Made by a program: the position numbers and the translations under genes. Positions 1-14,043 of a DNA stretch of 64,000 nt are shown here, piece after piece. The DNA lies in assembly GCA_016699105.1 (NCBI GenBank), contig CP064960.1, forward strand, positions 520,727-584,726, given 5' to 3'. Under the pieces are notes generated by a model that was given only the letters and a program-made list of their open reading frames with translations, ran no database searches and was not told where the DNA came from. Every line of letters begins with the position of its first letter. Within the stretch, counting starts at the first letter, position 1. This DNA is from a bacterium. Lineage in GTDB: Bacteria > Patescibacteriota > Saccharimonadia > UBA4664.

Positions 1-105
1 TCATAGCGGAGTTTGCTTGTAGTTTCTGACTGATGGAAACAGCGCATATGCATCGGTTGATCAGGAAACTACGATTTATATAGTGTCTTTTGGGGTTGTA
101 CTAGG

Positions 106-513
106 TTGATGATGAATACGCCAAAAATGACGGTAGTGGCAGGCTGTGTACTTAAGCGTGATGGCAAGTATTTACTTGTGCAAGAGCGAAAGTCATCTGC
201 ATCGGGGCTGTGGAATTTGCCTGCAGGTCACGTTCATGAAGGTGAGCCAATTCGAGATGCAGCTATTCGCGAGGTTAAAGAGGAAACTGGATTCGATGTT
301 GTCCTTATTGCTGAACTTAAGTCAGAAGTATTACACGAAAAGCACCTAGAATTGCATGCATTTGCAGCAGAAATAATGGGTGGTGAACTTCGGTTTAATC
401 GCGAAGAACTCATGGATGCCCAATGGTTTGACATAGATAAGATCCGGCAGCTTGATCAGGATGGTCAAATTCGCGGTGGTTGGGCGAGCCGGGCCATAGA
501 ACAGGTAATCTAA
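106..513 (+). CDS. NUDIX hydrolase
   Basis: 135-aa ORF containing the Nudix box GHVHEGEPIRDAAIREVKEETGF (GX5EX7REVXEEXGU). The true start is probably Met8 (MTVVAG) at position 127. Confidence 0.85.
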   Translation: MMMNTPKMTVVAGCVLKRDGKYLLVQERKSSASGLWNLPAGHVHEGEPIRDAAIREVKEETGFDVVLIAELKSEVLHEKHLELHAFAAEIMGGELRFNREELMDAQWFDIDKIRQLDQDGQIRGGWASRAIEQVI

Positions 514-520
514 TAAAATA

Positions 521-781
521 TTACGGCTCAGGAGTAGTGCCGGGGCCGCCACCAGAGATACCGCCGAAAGTATCGGCGAATGGTTGGACGAGGGCGGAGA
601 TGATGCCGTCCATGAGGCCGGTCATAGTCAGGAACCCGAATACTCCCAAGAGCGATCCTAGGAGCTTGTACACCCCGTAGGTGCTGCCTTCGCCGGTGTA
701 TTGTTCTAGCCAATGCTGAGGGCCGGTGGCATTGCGGAACCACATGGTGTATTTGACCATTAGAATGCCCACGGCAACCAC
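521..781 (-). CDS. small hydrophobic hypothetical protein (convergent with NUDIX)
   Basis: 86-aa ORF with a hydrophobic core (LLGSLLGVFGFLTMTGLMDGIISALV) and a Gly-rich tail. No recognisable family. Confidence 0.25.
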   Translation of the reverse strand: MVAVGILMVKYTMWFRNATGPQHWLEQYTGEGSTYGVYKLLGSLLGVFGFLTMTGLMDGIISALVQPFADTFGGISGGGPGTTPEP

Positions 782-2565
782 GAGACCGATGAGAAATGGT
801 AAAGCTAAATTGGAGCATAAGCGCTACTATTATAGCAGATGTGATAGACTGGTCGATATGAATGATACTGATCTGATAATTGTCGGGCTTCCATGCCATT
901 AAGCACGCCTGCGCTTTGGCGGGCAGGTGGTGGAATTGCGAGTGTAACGGGGAGCCGTGGCGACAATTGGCGGCCGATTTAGCACCCGATGTGGAAGAGC
1001 GAATGGCGAAATCGGTGCATGTCGACGATAAGCGGTTTGGATATTGAGCCACGAAACACCTTACTGGGCTCGTGGATTGGTCAAGCGTCCAGATTATAAA
1101 TCAAATGTGTTATTGCGACCGCGCGGATGGCTCCGGTGGTGCTTTTAGAGAATCCTAAGGGACAGGCAACGGGGGGCTGTCATCCGGGTAGCGGCGGCCG
1201 TGGAGCTGGCGGCGTGCTGGTGACGGGCGAGCTTTGACCTGTGGGGTCGGGAAGTAGTGCGGGGTGCGGCGGGACCGGGCAGTGGCCAGAAGGAGAGTGA
1301 ATCTGACAGAGCCAGCACCGGTCGTGGCAGCTGAGAAGGTCAAGATATTCCAGATTTTGAGCTGCCCGTGCTGTATGGCATTTGATCGAGCGACAGGGGC
1401 TTTCACCCTGCTGCGACAGCGGGTGACAGCGACGGTAAGTTTGCCGATGCAACCAGGCGGTCGAGTCTGAATTTGGCGACCAGTGTGAGCGCGGTGCTGT
1501 ATTGGTGGCGGCTGAATCAATCGAAGTAGAAATTCCAATTTGCGGCCTGTAACTAAACAGTTTCTCAAAGCCGAACGATTGTCGGCAATTTGGGGTACTG
1601 TCTAACATCGGTAAGCATAAACCTACTTTTAACAGATGGCCATAGTCCGCATCGCTTAAAGGCCGAGCCCGTCAAAATCGACGGGGGCTCTAGGTTGGTG
1701 CGGGAGTTTTACGCACAGCTTTTACGATCTCAGCTCCTGTCTGTCGCCAAGCCTGGCTGCGGCTTGCTCCCAATGCGAATCGTGCCTGGACTCGAGAAGG
1801 GACGATAGTAGTCAGCTTCTCCGGTGGCATCGGCGTTAGCAAAATCAGCTCTCACCCACTGACCATAGACAGTTAGAAGCACAGCAGCAGCAGTCGAAGT
1901 CAAAGGCAAAGATATACGGATACCCGCCAGACATATGGGCCTTCCTGCTGGGAACTTGATGCAACATCAAGATCCGTCTGAAAGTCAAGCTTGGGGATTT
2001 GAAAGCCCTCTCGATGATGGCAACAAAACATCGGCTTTGATGTAGATAGTCTGGTCGTCAACGTAAGACACCTGAAAATTGGGGAGTAGTCACGGATAGA
2101 TTCATACATGTAAACGCCGAAAAAGTCCAAAATGGATCTCGCCATCTGACGACGAACATAATTACGGAGATGACCGTTTTATATCTGACGACTCGATTGA
2201 GATTTGCCACCGGTCTTACCTATTTGCAAGATTTCTGCCTGATGCCCAGTGGCAGGAGTGAATTAACAGCATCTTGAGCTTTCCTCTGCAAGGTGTATTT
2301 TGTATGCGGGGTAAACAAATCGCCCGCCTGAATTTTTGCATCATCGAAAGCGAAAAACTTCGAGGATGAATAATTGAATTGCGCAAGGCGGGATACGTTA
2401 GTTCCCTCGCAGGTAATGATAAGATGCTGTGTGGTCTTGTAAGAATTACCTTGGCCATTAACGTTTAAGGTGTATCGCCGGTTCATGGTGAGACGTATTG
2501 CATGCGTTTATTAAGAGCGGTCTTTTGAAACGATCTTAACAAAAACAACTATAAAAACAAAAAGA

Positions 2566-2638
2566 GCATGCCGGGCCTGAACTGGCCACCTCCCGTTGCA
2601 AAGCAGGCGCTCTTACCAAATGAGCTAATGCCCTCAAT
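2566..2638 (-). tRNA. tRNA-Ala(TGC)-like, possibly degenerate
   Basis: The reverse complement reads GGGCATTAGCTCATTTGGTAAGAGCGCCTGCTTTGCAACGGGAGGTGGCCAGTTCAGGCCC. The D-arm and a TTTGCA anticodon loop resemble tRNA-Ala, but I could not pair the anticodon stem, the T-arm or the acceptor 3' side canonically. Confidence 0.4.
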
Positions 2639-2752
2639 ACTGTCAAAGATGATATCTTATCTATCGCTCATTTTGGTAGAGCGCCTCGGCGCAACATTAT
2701 CATCTATGTCGCTGAAGGCTCCCAAATGAGCTAATGCCCCAAAAATATAAGG

Positions 2753-2827
2753 TGGTGGGCTTGGCGACCGGAACCTGCGACCTCGTCATTATCAGTGACG
2801 CGCTCTAACCAGCTGAGCTACAAGCCC
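2753..2827 (-). tRNA. tRNA-Ile(GAT) with encoded CCA and atypical T-arm
   Basis: The reverse complement reads GGGCTTGTAGCTCAGCTGGTTAGAGCGCGTCACTGATAATGACGAGGTCGCAGGTTCCGGTCGCCAAGCCCACCA. It has a perfect 7-bp acceptor stem (GGGCTTG/CAAGCCC), a canonical D-arm, and an anticodon stem CGTCA/TGACG with loop CTGATAA, matching E. coli tRNA-Ile closely. The 17-nt T-arm does not form a canonical 5-bp stem. Confidence 0.6.
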
Positions 2828-2926
2828 GTAATAGGCGGACAACGGCTTGCCATAGATTGAGGCTTGATTCAAGAAAAGAATGAAATGTGTGTGCCATTGC
2901 AGCCGAGGGTGGTCATCGCGTAACAT

Positions 2927-3868
2927 ATGGACTATCAATATGAGGGTGAATGGCTCAAAATTTTAAGTCGAAGTAATTTGCATAAAAGTTATGGCAAACG
3001 AGGTCGAAAAAGAGGAGTGAGCTTTGAAAGTGCCGAAAGGCACAGTATTGGCGGGTTACTCCCAACGGGGCTGGTAAGACGACAACCGGGCCAAGTGGCG
3101 ACGTTATTGCGGCCAGGATGCGGGTGATGCGAGTCAATGGGCACGATGTAGTGGCCGAGCCGCAAGCGGTGCGGGCGGGCATTTGACTGGTCAGTTTGCA
3201 GCGGTAGACGAGTATTTAACGGGTCGCCGGGAAAACATCCGTTTGGTAGGGCGGTTATATCATCTGACTCGGGTGTGTTGGAACGAACGAACGAGTAAGT
3301 TCTCGATCAGTTTGATTTGGCGGATGCGGGCCGACCGGCCTGCCCGACATACTGCGGGCAGAAGCGTCGGGCTCTGATCTAGCCGCGAGTTTGTAGCTCA
3401 GCCGCCGGTATTGTTTTTGACGAACTGACCACGGCTGGATCCCCGTAGCCGATTGATGCTTTGGGCATGATTAAAGATTTGACCAAGGGTGGTACCACGG
3501 TGCTACTGACGACCCAATACATGGAAGAAGCAGACTATCCAGCGTCGCAAGTGGTGGTCATTGATCATGGCGGTAATTGCCGAAGGTACGCCAGCGGGAA
3601 TTGTTGTGGCCGGCCGGAGCGGCGATAGCTGAAATAAGTTTTGTCGAGAATGGAGATTTGGAGACAGCGGCGGCGTTGTTCGATGAAGCGCTTGTTGATG
3701 TCGATGCAGGTAGACTAGGCGATTCCGGCGGCTCGAGGCGTGCAAGACTTTAGAACACGTCTTGGCGATTTGTGTAAAAAAGGGCTGATCCAGATACGGC
3801 GTGGATTGCGGCGGCCAACACTCGATGAAGTGTTTCTTGGCATTAACTGGCCCAAGGAGGGGCGACCA
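2927..3868 (+). pseudogene. ABC transporter ATP-binding protein (DrrA-like), multiply frameshifted
   Basis: Motifs are spread over all three forward frames. They include KSYG...VSFE...GLLP / GAGKTTT (Walker A) / LLRPG / RVNGHDVVAEPQAVRAGI, then GQFAAVDEYLTGRENIRLVGRLYHL, LDQFDLADAGRPA, TYCGQKRRALI (matching TYSGGMKRRLDLA), and a C-terminal PTLDEVFL. There are at least six frame changes and internal stops in under 1 kb. Confidence 0.8.
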
Positions 3869-4613
3869 TGAATAATATCATCTGCGGATTCGCGATTGCT
3901 GGAGCCAGCCAGGCGGAGTATTTGCATATTTTGCGCAGCTTTGATCAAGTGATGTCACCGATTATGTTTCCGATTATGTCTGGCGCTGCTCAACCGGTAT
4001 GTACTGGCGGCGCCATCAATACCGGCGATGTCAGTTATGCCAACTATTTGTTTGCGGGCATTTTGGGCAAACATTGGCTTTTGGGGCAATTACACCACCA
4101 TTAATTTGGTTGTAGATATGAAAGAGGATTATCGACCGGTTCCATCGTTACCCACATAACTCGGCTGTCGTTATCGGGCATATTACTTCTGACTTGTTCC
4201 GCAATATCGTATCGTAGCATCATCGTGACTAGGATTTTTGATCGGATTCCGCCAAATGCCACCACCAGGCGAATGTTGCCGGGGGCTTGAGCATCCTGTT
4301 TACGCTGGCCATTTCGTAGTTTCGGTCCATTTTGGGCTTGGTGGTTTTAAATCACTGAAGTACCAATGGATTGTTTGTTGGTGATATTCCCACCGACATT
4401 TGTATCAAGTGCCTTGTGCCAACCGAAACTATGCCACGGTGTTCAAATATTATGGAAAACCAACCACTTACGCACGTTATGAATGCGATGCGCTCATGGC
4501 TGGTAGGAAACGCCATTGGTGATTCAACAGGGTGGTTGGCGCTATGGTGGTGTGTGTTGGTATTATCATTATATCTACCAACAACTGGGGCTGTGGCGCT
4601 GAAGGAGTAATGA
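3868..4613 (+). pseudogene. ABC-2 family permease (DrrB-like partner), frameshifted
   Basis: Fragments such as FPIMSGAAQPV and a C-terminal VPTETMPRCSNIMENQPLTHVMNAMRSWLVGNAIGDSTGWLALWWCVLVLSLYL are typical of ABC-2 permease C-termini. They are split between ORFs 3868-4104 and 4371-4610 with stops in between. Confidence 0.6.
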
Positions 4614-4639
4614 ACAATAACCAAAATATGGGCATGCCT

Positions 4640-5200
4640 GTTTACTGCAGAAACGGGTGGGGGTGAATGCATATTGATTGATCCGTGGATGGTCGAGTGG
4701 TTTTGAGAGCTTAACTGATCTGAATGCGGTGTTGATTACTCATTCTCATCCGACTGGTTTGGTGCCCGATCATGGCAGAGTTATTGAAAAAGAATGCTGA
4801 TATGGCCGGTATATACGGACAGATTCGGCTGCCGTGCTCAAAGACGGACGGTACGCCGGAGGTCAAAGCGGACAGTTTTGAGATTGCGACGCCATGTGAG
4901 GGCGGTAGTCATCACGCCGTAGTGCATCCAGACATTCCCGTGATCACCAATGTTGGTTACTTATTTCGATGGTTTTTACTATCCCGGTGACAACTTTACT
5001 GAGCCCGATCGACCTGTTAAAGTTTTGGCGCTGCCTTTGAGCGCGCCGTGGTCAAAGGTGTCGAAACTGCTGAATTTGTGCGCTTGGTGAAGCCAGAAGT
5101 GGTGGTGGCCGGCATGAGGTTTGAGAAACCAGAATTGTATGAAAATATTGTCGGTCGACTCAGTGGCTCGGGGAAATTGTGCACTTGAATGCCGCAGAGT
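4640..5200 (+). pseudogene. MBL-fold metallo-hydrolase, frameshifted
   Basis: The translation contains DLNAVLITHSHPDH (the HxHxDH motif) and YFDGFYYPGDNFTEPDRPVKVLALPLSAPW. These pieces lie in different frames and are separated by stops. Confidence 0.6.
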
Positions 5201-5348
5201 CACATGAGTTTTAAGCCACAATGTAACGTGTTGAGCATGGCATTAGAGCCATGCAAACTGCTTAAACGTGGTCACGCGGTCCGGCTATTGACTGATATGG
5301 CGCTGGGCTACTATGGTGCCACTACAGTCGGTTTGCCAATAAGACGTT

Positions 5349-6560
5349 GTGGTTCTTGAGTGGTTCAGCCTGGCCATCGCACCTTTAGTCTCACGGGCGA
5401 CCGAGCTTCCGGAGGACTTGTTGGCGGTCAAAACAAAGTGTACATTGCGCATCACAAAATGTGGGGGCGTGGGCTTTTTTGTGCTATTGATGATCCATCC
5501 GATGATGATGGCAATGATGTATACGCAATTGGGTTTGAAAAAGCGGGCAGAAATGCTGCCGCCGATGCCATCAAATATTCCCGTGGCTTTGTGTGTGTTG
5601 TGGGCGCTGATTATTTTGCCCGTAATCACGCTGTATATTAAGTTACTGTATGGATTGTGGCTGAAAACAAGCTGTTGGGTGTGTGAGTTTTTTGTTGGTG
5701 GAACTCATGCCCTGGTCGTACGCAATCAACCGTTCATGATCGGTTTATCCGGGGTATATCTTGATAGCGGTCGCCTTGGCGCTGGCCTGGATATATCGGA
5801 CACCGTCGGCCGTTGGTTGGTTCGGCGGAAAGAAACATGGTTCGCGGCGCGGTTCTCAAGGCACCCGGAGACATCGAAGTAACATTAGTCCCAGATAACC
5901 AATTGATGAATTTTAAGGCGGGCAGTTTGTGTTTATCTCGTTTTTAGCTGATGGCATTTCGCACGAGGGGCATCCTTTTTCGATTTCGTCGGCTCCCTGG
6001 TTCGGGGCAACTGGGTATTACGATCAAAGCCTGGGAGATTACACGAATCGACTGTTAGCGGCTCTGCCGGGCATGACGGGACACTGCACTTGGTGGAGGG
6101 AGCTCACGGGCGATTTAGCTTATCAGTATCTCAGTAATCCCTCAACAAATTTGGATTGGCGGTGGTATCGGTATAACGCCTTTTTTAAGTATGGCGCGAC
6201 ATGGGAGCGCATTTCATAACATTGATTTGTACTATAGTGTGGCGCATGCCAATGAATTTATTGATTTGGCAGCTATTCAAACGGCCCAGATCAATACCTG
6301 ATCGGGCATTGCGAGTGATACCGTTTGTGGCTGAGACGGAAGGTTTTTGACGGGCCAAAACGGATAACCGAGATTACGCCTGGTGCCGTCGGGCGGGAAA
6401 TTTTAATCTGCACCACCGGTGATGAGAACCGTTACGCGAACAATTTAAATGCCAGTAGGTGTGCCAAACAGAAATATTCATACTGAGGAGTTTCAATGTC
6501 ATGAAGCTCAAAGTAGTGGTAGCGGGTCGTATTAGCATTATTTATCGGAAGTGACAGTGC
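5349..6560 (+). pseudogene. ferric reductase / NOX-like flavocytochrome (TM, FAD and NAD domains), disrupted
   Basis: A His-rich TM segment sits in ORF 5349-5882. It is followed by GQFVFISFLADGISHEGHPFSISSAP (the FAD_binding_8 HPFTIsS motif) and QQIWIGGGIGITPFLSMAR (NAD-binding). The pieces are spread over three frames with several stops. Confidence 0.65.
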
Positions 6561-6566
6561 TGTTGA

Positions 6567-7678
6567 TCATTGGCGGTTGGTGGCTGGAGCAGCATTAGTA
6601 TTACGCTGAAATTGAGCCCCGGATGCATTAACTTGTATCCGGGCGGTTGTGTTTGTGATGACCAGCGGGCTGAAGATGATGACGAAACACCAGACTGGCG
6701 CGGTCAACAGGACAGAATCGACGCGATCGCCGATGCCACCCATACCTGGTAGTATGCCAAAGATTTTTTGGCAAAGTCCTTGATGCCGAAGGCGCGTTTG
6801 AGGCTCGACATGAGGTCTCCAGCTTGCCCCAGGATCCCAAGGAGGAATGGCCAGGGCGATAAGCCAACTCTGATATGGCTGCGTGCGGACGAAAATCGGC
6901 AGTGACAGCCATCCCAAATACCATGGCTCCCATGAATCCGAAGATAGTCTTGTTGGGGCTTAGGTATTTAGCCGGTTTAGCTTTGAGCCAGAGTAAGAAA
7001 TTCTGGTAGCGGTACTTTCTGATGGTGCGGCCACAGATATAACCCCCGACATCACTGCTGACAATCAAAGCTGCATAGTCAAACAGATAACTGATCCGTT
7101 CGAAGTAATAAAAGTGTAATGAGCCAGGCTAACGGTAGGCCATCCAGCCAGCCCGTAGAACCAACCAGAAATGATCAGTAGTTGCGGGGCTGGCAATTTC
7201 AATCTGGATATAGCCCAGTGTCAGAACAAAAGGAGAAGTTCTGCCGATAGACGACCAAAGGATGCCGATTTGAAAACAGTAGTGGATCCTGATATGAGAT
7301 AAAAACCAGAAATCCGGCTACCGCAATGGCTACACCGTTATCTCCCCTTGGTGAGCCTCAATGAGGTTGGTGGGATTGCCGTGCGCACCGCACCATCTCA
7401 AAAGCCAGGGTGATGGCAGCGGCTGCGAGCAAGGCTGCCATAGCCTGGAAGCCAGTAGACGCCGACATATACCCAGGTGCCCAGTAAACAGCGGTGAACG
7501 ATCGCGGCCAAAAAGAATCGGTTTTGGTTTGGCTGGTGCGTCGACAGTTGTCATCTTGTGCCTCCTCAGGCAGGAAATAGAACGATAGATGGTAAAGAGC
7601 AAGAAATCCGGCCTCACTTAACATATAATAGAAGATGAGTGATTTTGACCCAGCAATCGAAGATTTTCCGTAATTCAT
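6567..7678 (-). pseudogene. cdsA: phosphatidate cytidylyltransferase, frameshifted
   Basis: The minus-strand ORFs 6567-6917 and 6628-7068 carry LPGMGGIGDRVDS and SDVGGYICGRTIRKYR...LSPNKTIFG, which match the CdsA signature, in two different frames. The N-terminal TM part is in a third ORF at 7358-7678. Confidence 0.7.
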
Positions 7679-7699
7679 AATCGTGATGGATTGAAACTG

Positions 7700-8453
7700 T
7701 TTGTGAAAGTAATTACGCTGACCGATGTGCCAGTGCGGGGAAAACGCCTATCTGGTACATGGATATGGTGATGCGCATGATGCTGCTCATGAGGGTTGCT
7801 ACGCGCGGCGTACGCGAAGGCTTGCGGGGTAATCGTTTGGGATGCCACGCATGGGCAGCTGGTTCCGCAGTGAAGGCGTGCAGACAGAAGCAACGTTCTA
7901 TTATCACGCTGAAGATTTGGAAGATGTCGTGGAGTGGAGCCGGTCGCAAGCATGGTTTGAGGAACAGTTCTGGCTACTTGGTTATAGCTTGGGTGGACTA
8001 GCGGCCGGCACATATGCTGCCGCTCATGCCAAAATGGTACGGGGTCTCATGCTGTTGGCGCCGGTTGTGAGTGGTGGTCACTTGAAACGACGGGTACCGT
8101 GGCCACTGCGCTGGTGGTGGCGTGTACGGGGACGAGTGCGGGGAATTGGCCGGTGGAATTTACCGCCCTGGAGTTTCATGGATAGCGGATGGAACTATGA
8201 TTTACAGCGGGTAAGCAGGCGGCTCATTATGCCAGTACTGGTTGTTGTGGGTGCGCGCGATATCATTACTCGACCGCGGGTTTTGAGGCGGTTGGTGGCT
8301 GGAGTGTGCTCGAGTGACAAACGCCTGATAGTGATGGAAGGAATTGGGCATAGTTTTGACCGACCGGGGACCATGGGTCAACTTGACGCGGTGTTGAGGC
8401 CGTGGTTGGCGACGCAATTAGAGAAAGTATTGACCAAGACAACAGGTATGTGA
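7700..8453 (+). pseudogene. alpha/beta hydrolase with disrupted N-terminus
   Basis: The C-terminal 203 aa are intact. They carry the nucleophile elbow GYSLGG, PVLVVVGARD and the catalytic His GIGHSF. The N-terminal roughly 50 aa (AYLVHGYGD ... DATHGQ) lie in other frames with a stop at 7830. Confidence 0.55.
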
Positions 8454-8689
8454 TAGATTGATTGAGTTACTTCGAGGGCTTGCATGCATAGACGGTCGAA
8501 CATGAGGGGATATTTCTCTTAGATAGTCGACTGTCAACCATGTGTACGCAAGCTCCGTAGGGTCTTCCAGAACCCGCGGAGTAGTTTTTTGAGAACTGAA
8601 TATGAATTGGGTAAAAACAATTTCATCGAATCAATAAAATGGTTCGAAATTTTTTAGAAAATCTAGCAGTCAAGTACTGCTAGTCAAAC

Positions 8690-12165
<3,476 letters not shown>

Positions 12166-12280
12166 TTTGACTAGCAATATGTGGCTACTAGCTACTTGTT
12201 TTGACCAATTCATATTCGTTTTTTGTAACGGCTTTACGTGCTGAACAAGCTTCGGTCTGCCGCACCAATGTTTATTAGCA

Positions 12281-12400
12281 TTGGCACGATAGACCGGTGC
12301 TTTTGGCGCGGGTGATACACCGGTTCCCATCCCGAACACCACCGTTAAGACCCGCTGCGGCGATGATACTCACTTGTGGGGAAAGTAGCGCGGTGCCGGA
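12281..12400 (+). rRNA. rrf: 5S ribosomal RNA
   Basis: CCGGTTCCCATCCCGAACACCACCGTTAAG and GCGATGATACTCACTTGTGGGGAAAGTAGCGCGGTGCC match the 5S loop C and helix IV/V consensus. It sits about 120 nt downstream of the 23S. Confidence 0.85.
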
Positions 12401-12407
12401 TTATTCA

Positions 12408-12437
12408 AAAACCACCCTGAAAGGGGTGGTTTTTGGC
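12408..12437 (+). terminator. rho-independent terminator after the 5S
   Basis: AAAAACCACCCTGAAAGGGGTGGTTTTTGG forms a perfect 7-bp GC-rich stem (CCACCCT/AGGGTGG) followed by a T5 run. Confidence 0.8.
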
Positions 12438-12450
12438 GTATTGACAGCCA

Positions 12451-12479
12451 TTGACCTTTTACGCCAACTTTCCTATAAT
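12451..12479 (+). promoter_or_regulatory. sigma70-type promoter giving a near-leaderless mRNA
   Basis: TTGACC (12451-12456), a 17-nt spacer, then TATAAT (12474-12479). The predicted TSS near 12486 is only 3-4 nt upstream of the ATG at 12490. Confidence 0.6.
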
Positions 12480-12489
12480 TGATTCTGAC

Positions 12490-13977
12490 ATGCTTATTCG
12501 TCAAATTGAGTTAAAACGCCAGAAACGTTACGTTGCGCTGCTCATGGTAGCTTGTATCAGCTTAGGCTATTATGTAGTGACGAGATCATTTGCCGCTGGA
12601 CCGCTAGCGGCTTTTGAGGCAGAGGCCGGAGCACTCGGTAATGGGGCTAGTAGTGTGATTATTGCCGGTGCCAGTGGCAGCGGTGTTGTCAAATTTGGAG
12701 TGGCTGCTTCACCGACGCCAACACCGGGCGGTAGCCTGAGTTTATCGCGTATTCCCTGGGAAGGTGGTCCGGCCTATTGGGGTCAGTTCTCAAAAACTAA
12801 TGCTGCCGGCTGGACCGATCCAAATTTCTTCCCGATCAGTGTGTTCTTGAGTAAAGGCGATACTGGCCATGTAGCCTCGCTGAAAGATGCTGGAATAAAC
12901 CTCTATATGGGCATTGAGCACGATTTCGTGAGCTCGCTGACGAACATCACCAATGGCGGGTTGTTTGCCATGCCGCAGCAAGACGAGTGGACGTCAACTG
13001 AAGTTGGGACGAATCCCAAGGCCGTAGCTTGGTTTAGTTCAGATGAGTGCGACATGGGCTATGGGGGCTGTTCCGGCACCGAGCAGCAGCAGTTAGCCAC
13101 CCAGACATCATTTGTGAATAAGGTGAAAGCCTATAATGACGGGCGGTTCGTCCACGCCAACTTCGGCAATGGCATTTTGCGCACGTTTTGGTCGCCCACC
13201 ACCATGAATCAGCAGGTTCAGCTGATGGATTCGGCGAGCGCCGACAAATATACCTACACCAGCCCGGATGTAGCGAGCATTATCGACGGTGTGCATGATG
13301 CACCCGACTGGCCAAATGGTGTGCCAGTGCCGCGTTCCTACTCGTATGGATGGCAAGCCGACCAAATGAAGCGGTTCCAAAGCCCAGCCAGTCCGCGGCC
13401 GATCTGGACATTTGTGGAAACGGCTATGCCATATATTGGTGAGGCGGGTGCACGCACGATTCTGCCTGAGCAAATGGAGGGTGCGGTGTGGTCGGCCATT
13501 ATTCACGAGGCCCGCGGCATCGCTTATTTCCAGCACAATAACGGTACCGGCACATGCTCGGCAAACTATTCAATTGTCGATTGCCCGGCAGTGCACGCCA
13601 AAGTGAAAGCGGTGGACGCCGATGTTCGAGCATTGGCGCCGGTGCTCAACACTCAGTCGTACTACAACACTACGCGGGAAGTGAATGGCTTCACCTATTA
13701 TCAGTACAGTTTTAATAATGCCACTGATGCTATGCTCAAAACGTATAACGGATCGGCATATATTTTTGCTGCCCTCGGTATGCACTGCGCCACGAGTACC
13801 TGTGCATCGGGTTCGGCCGATCCAATAGGTATGAAATCTTTCACCTTACCAGCTGGAGTGTCAGGCACTACCGTAACTGTGGTTGGAGAGAACCGGACCA
13901 TTCAAGTGCAAAATGGTGCATTTAGCGATAATTTTGCGGCTGAATATAGCCATCATGTCTATCAAATTAGTTTATAG
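12490..13977 (+). CDS. secreted or membrane-anchored hypothetical protein, possibly a glycoside-hydrolase-like enzyme
   Basis: Long ORF in the 12451 frame. The likely start is Met14 (MLIRQIELKRQKRYVALLMVACISLGYYVV, a signal anchor). It is a Trp/Tyr-rich globular protein with no motif I can assign. The enzyme call is a guess. Confidence 0.75.
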   Translation: MLIRQIELKRQKRYVALLMVACISLGYYVVTRSFAAGPLAAFEAEAGALGNGASSVIIAGASGSGVVKFGVAASPTPTPGGSLSLSRIPWEGGPAYWGQFSKTNAAGWTDPNFFPISVFLSKGDTGHVASLKDAGINLYMGIEHDFVSSLTNITNGGLFAMPQQDEWTSTEVGTNPKAVAWFSSDECDMGYGGCSGTEQQQLATQTSFVNKVKAYNDGRFVHANFGNGILRTFWSPTTMNQQVQLMDSASADKYTYTSPDVASIIDGVHDAPDWPNGVPVPRSYSYGWQADQMKRFQSPASPRPIWTFVETAMPYIGEAGARTILPEQMEGAVWSAIIHEARGIAYFQHNNGTGTCSANYSIVDCPAVHAKVKAVDADVRALAPVLNTQSYYNTTREVNGFTYYQYSFNNATDAMLKTYNGSAYIFAALGMHCATSTCASGSADPIGMKSFTLPAGVSGTTVTVVGENRTIQVQNGAFSDNFAAEYSHHVYQISL

Positions 13978-14043
13978 AAATCATGTGACTTAGGCTAATT
14001 TAGCTTGAACCAATCGTTCATTAATGAGACAGTTGTAATAATT

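Noticed and set aside
1155-1608. Two overlapping minus-strand ORFs (137 and 142 aa) in the GC-rich block
   Set aside because: The Pro/Arg/Gly-rich translations have no protein-like pattern. The open frames are a by-product of high GC.
5285-5629. 114-aa minus-strand ORF in the ferric-reductase pseudogene region
   Set aside because: The plus-strand frames carry clear ferric-reductase TM and FAD motifs here. The minus ORF has no family resemblance.
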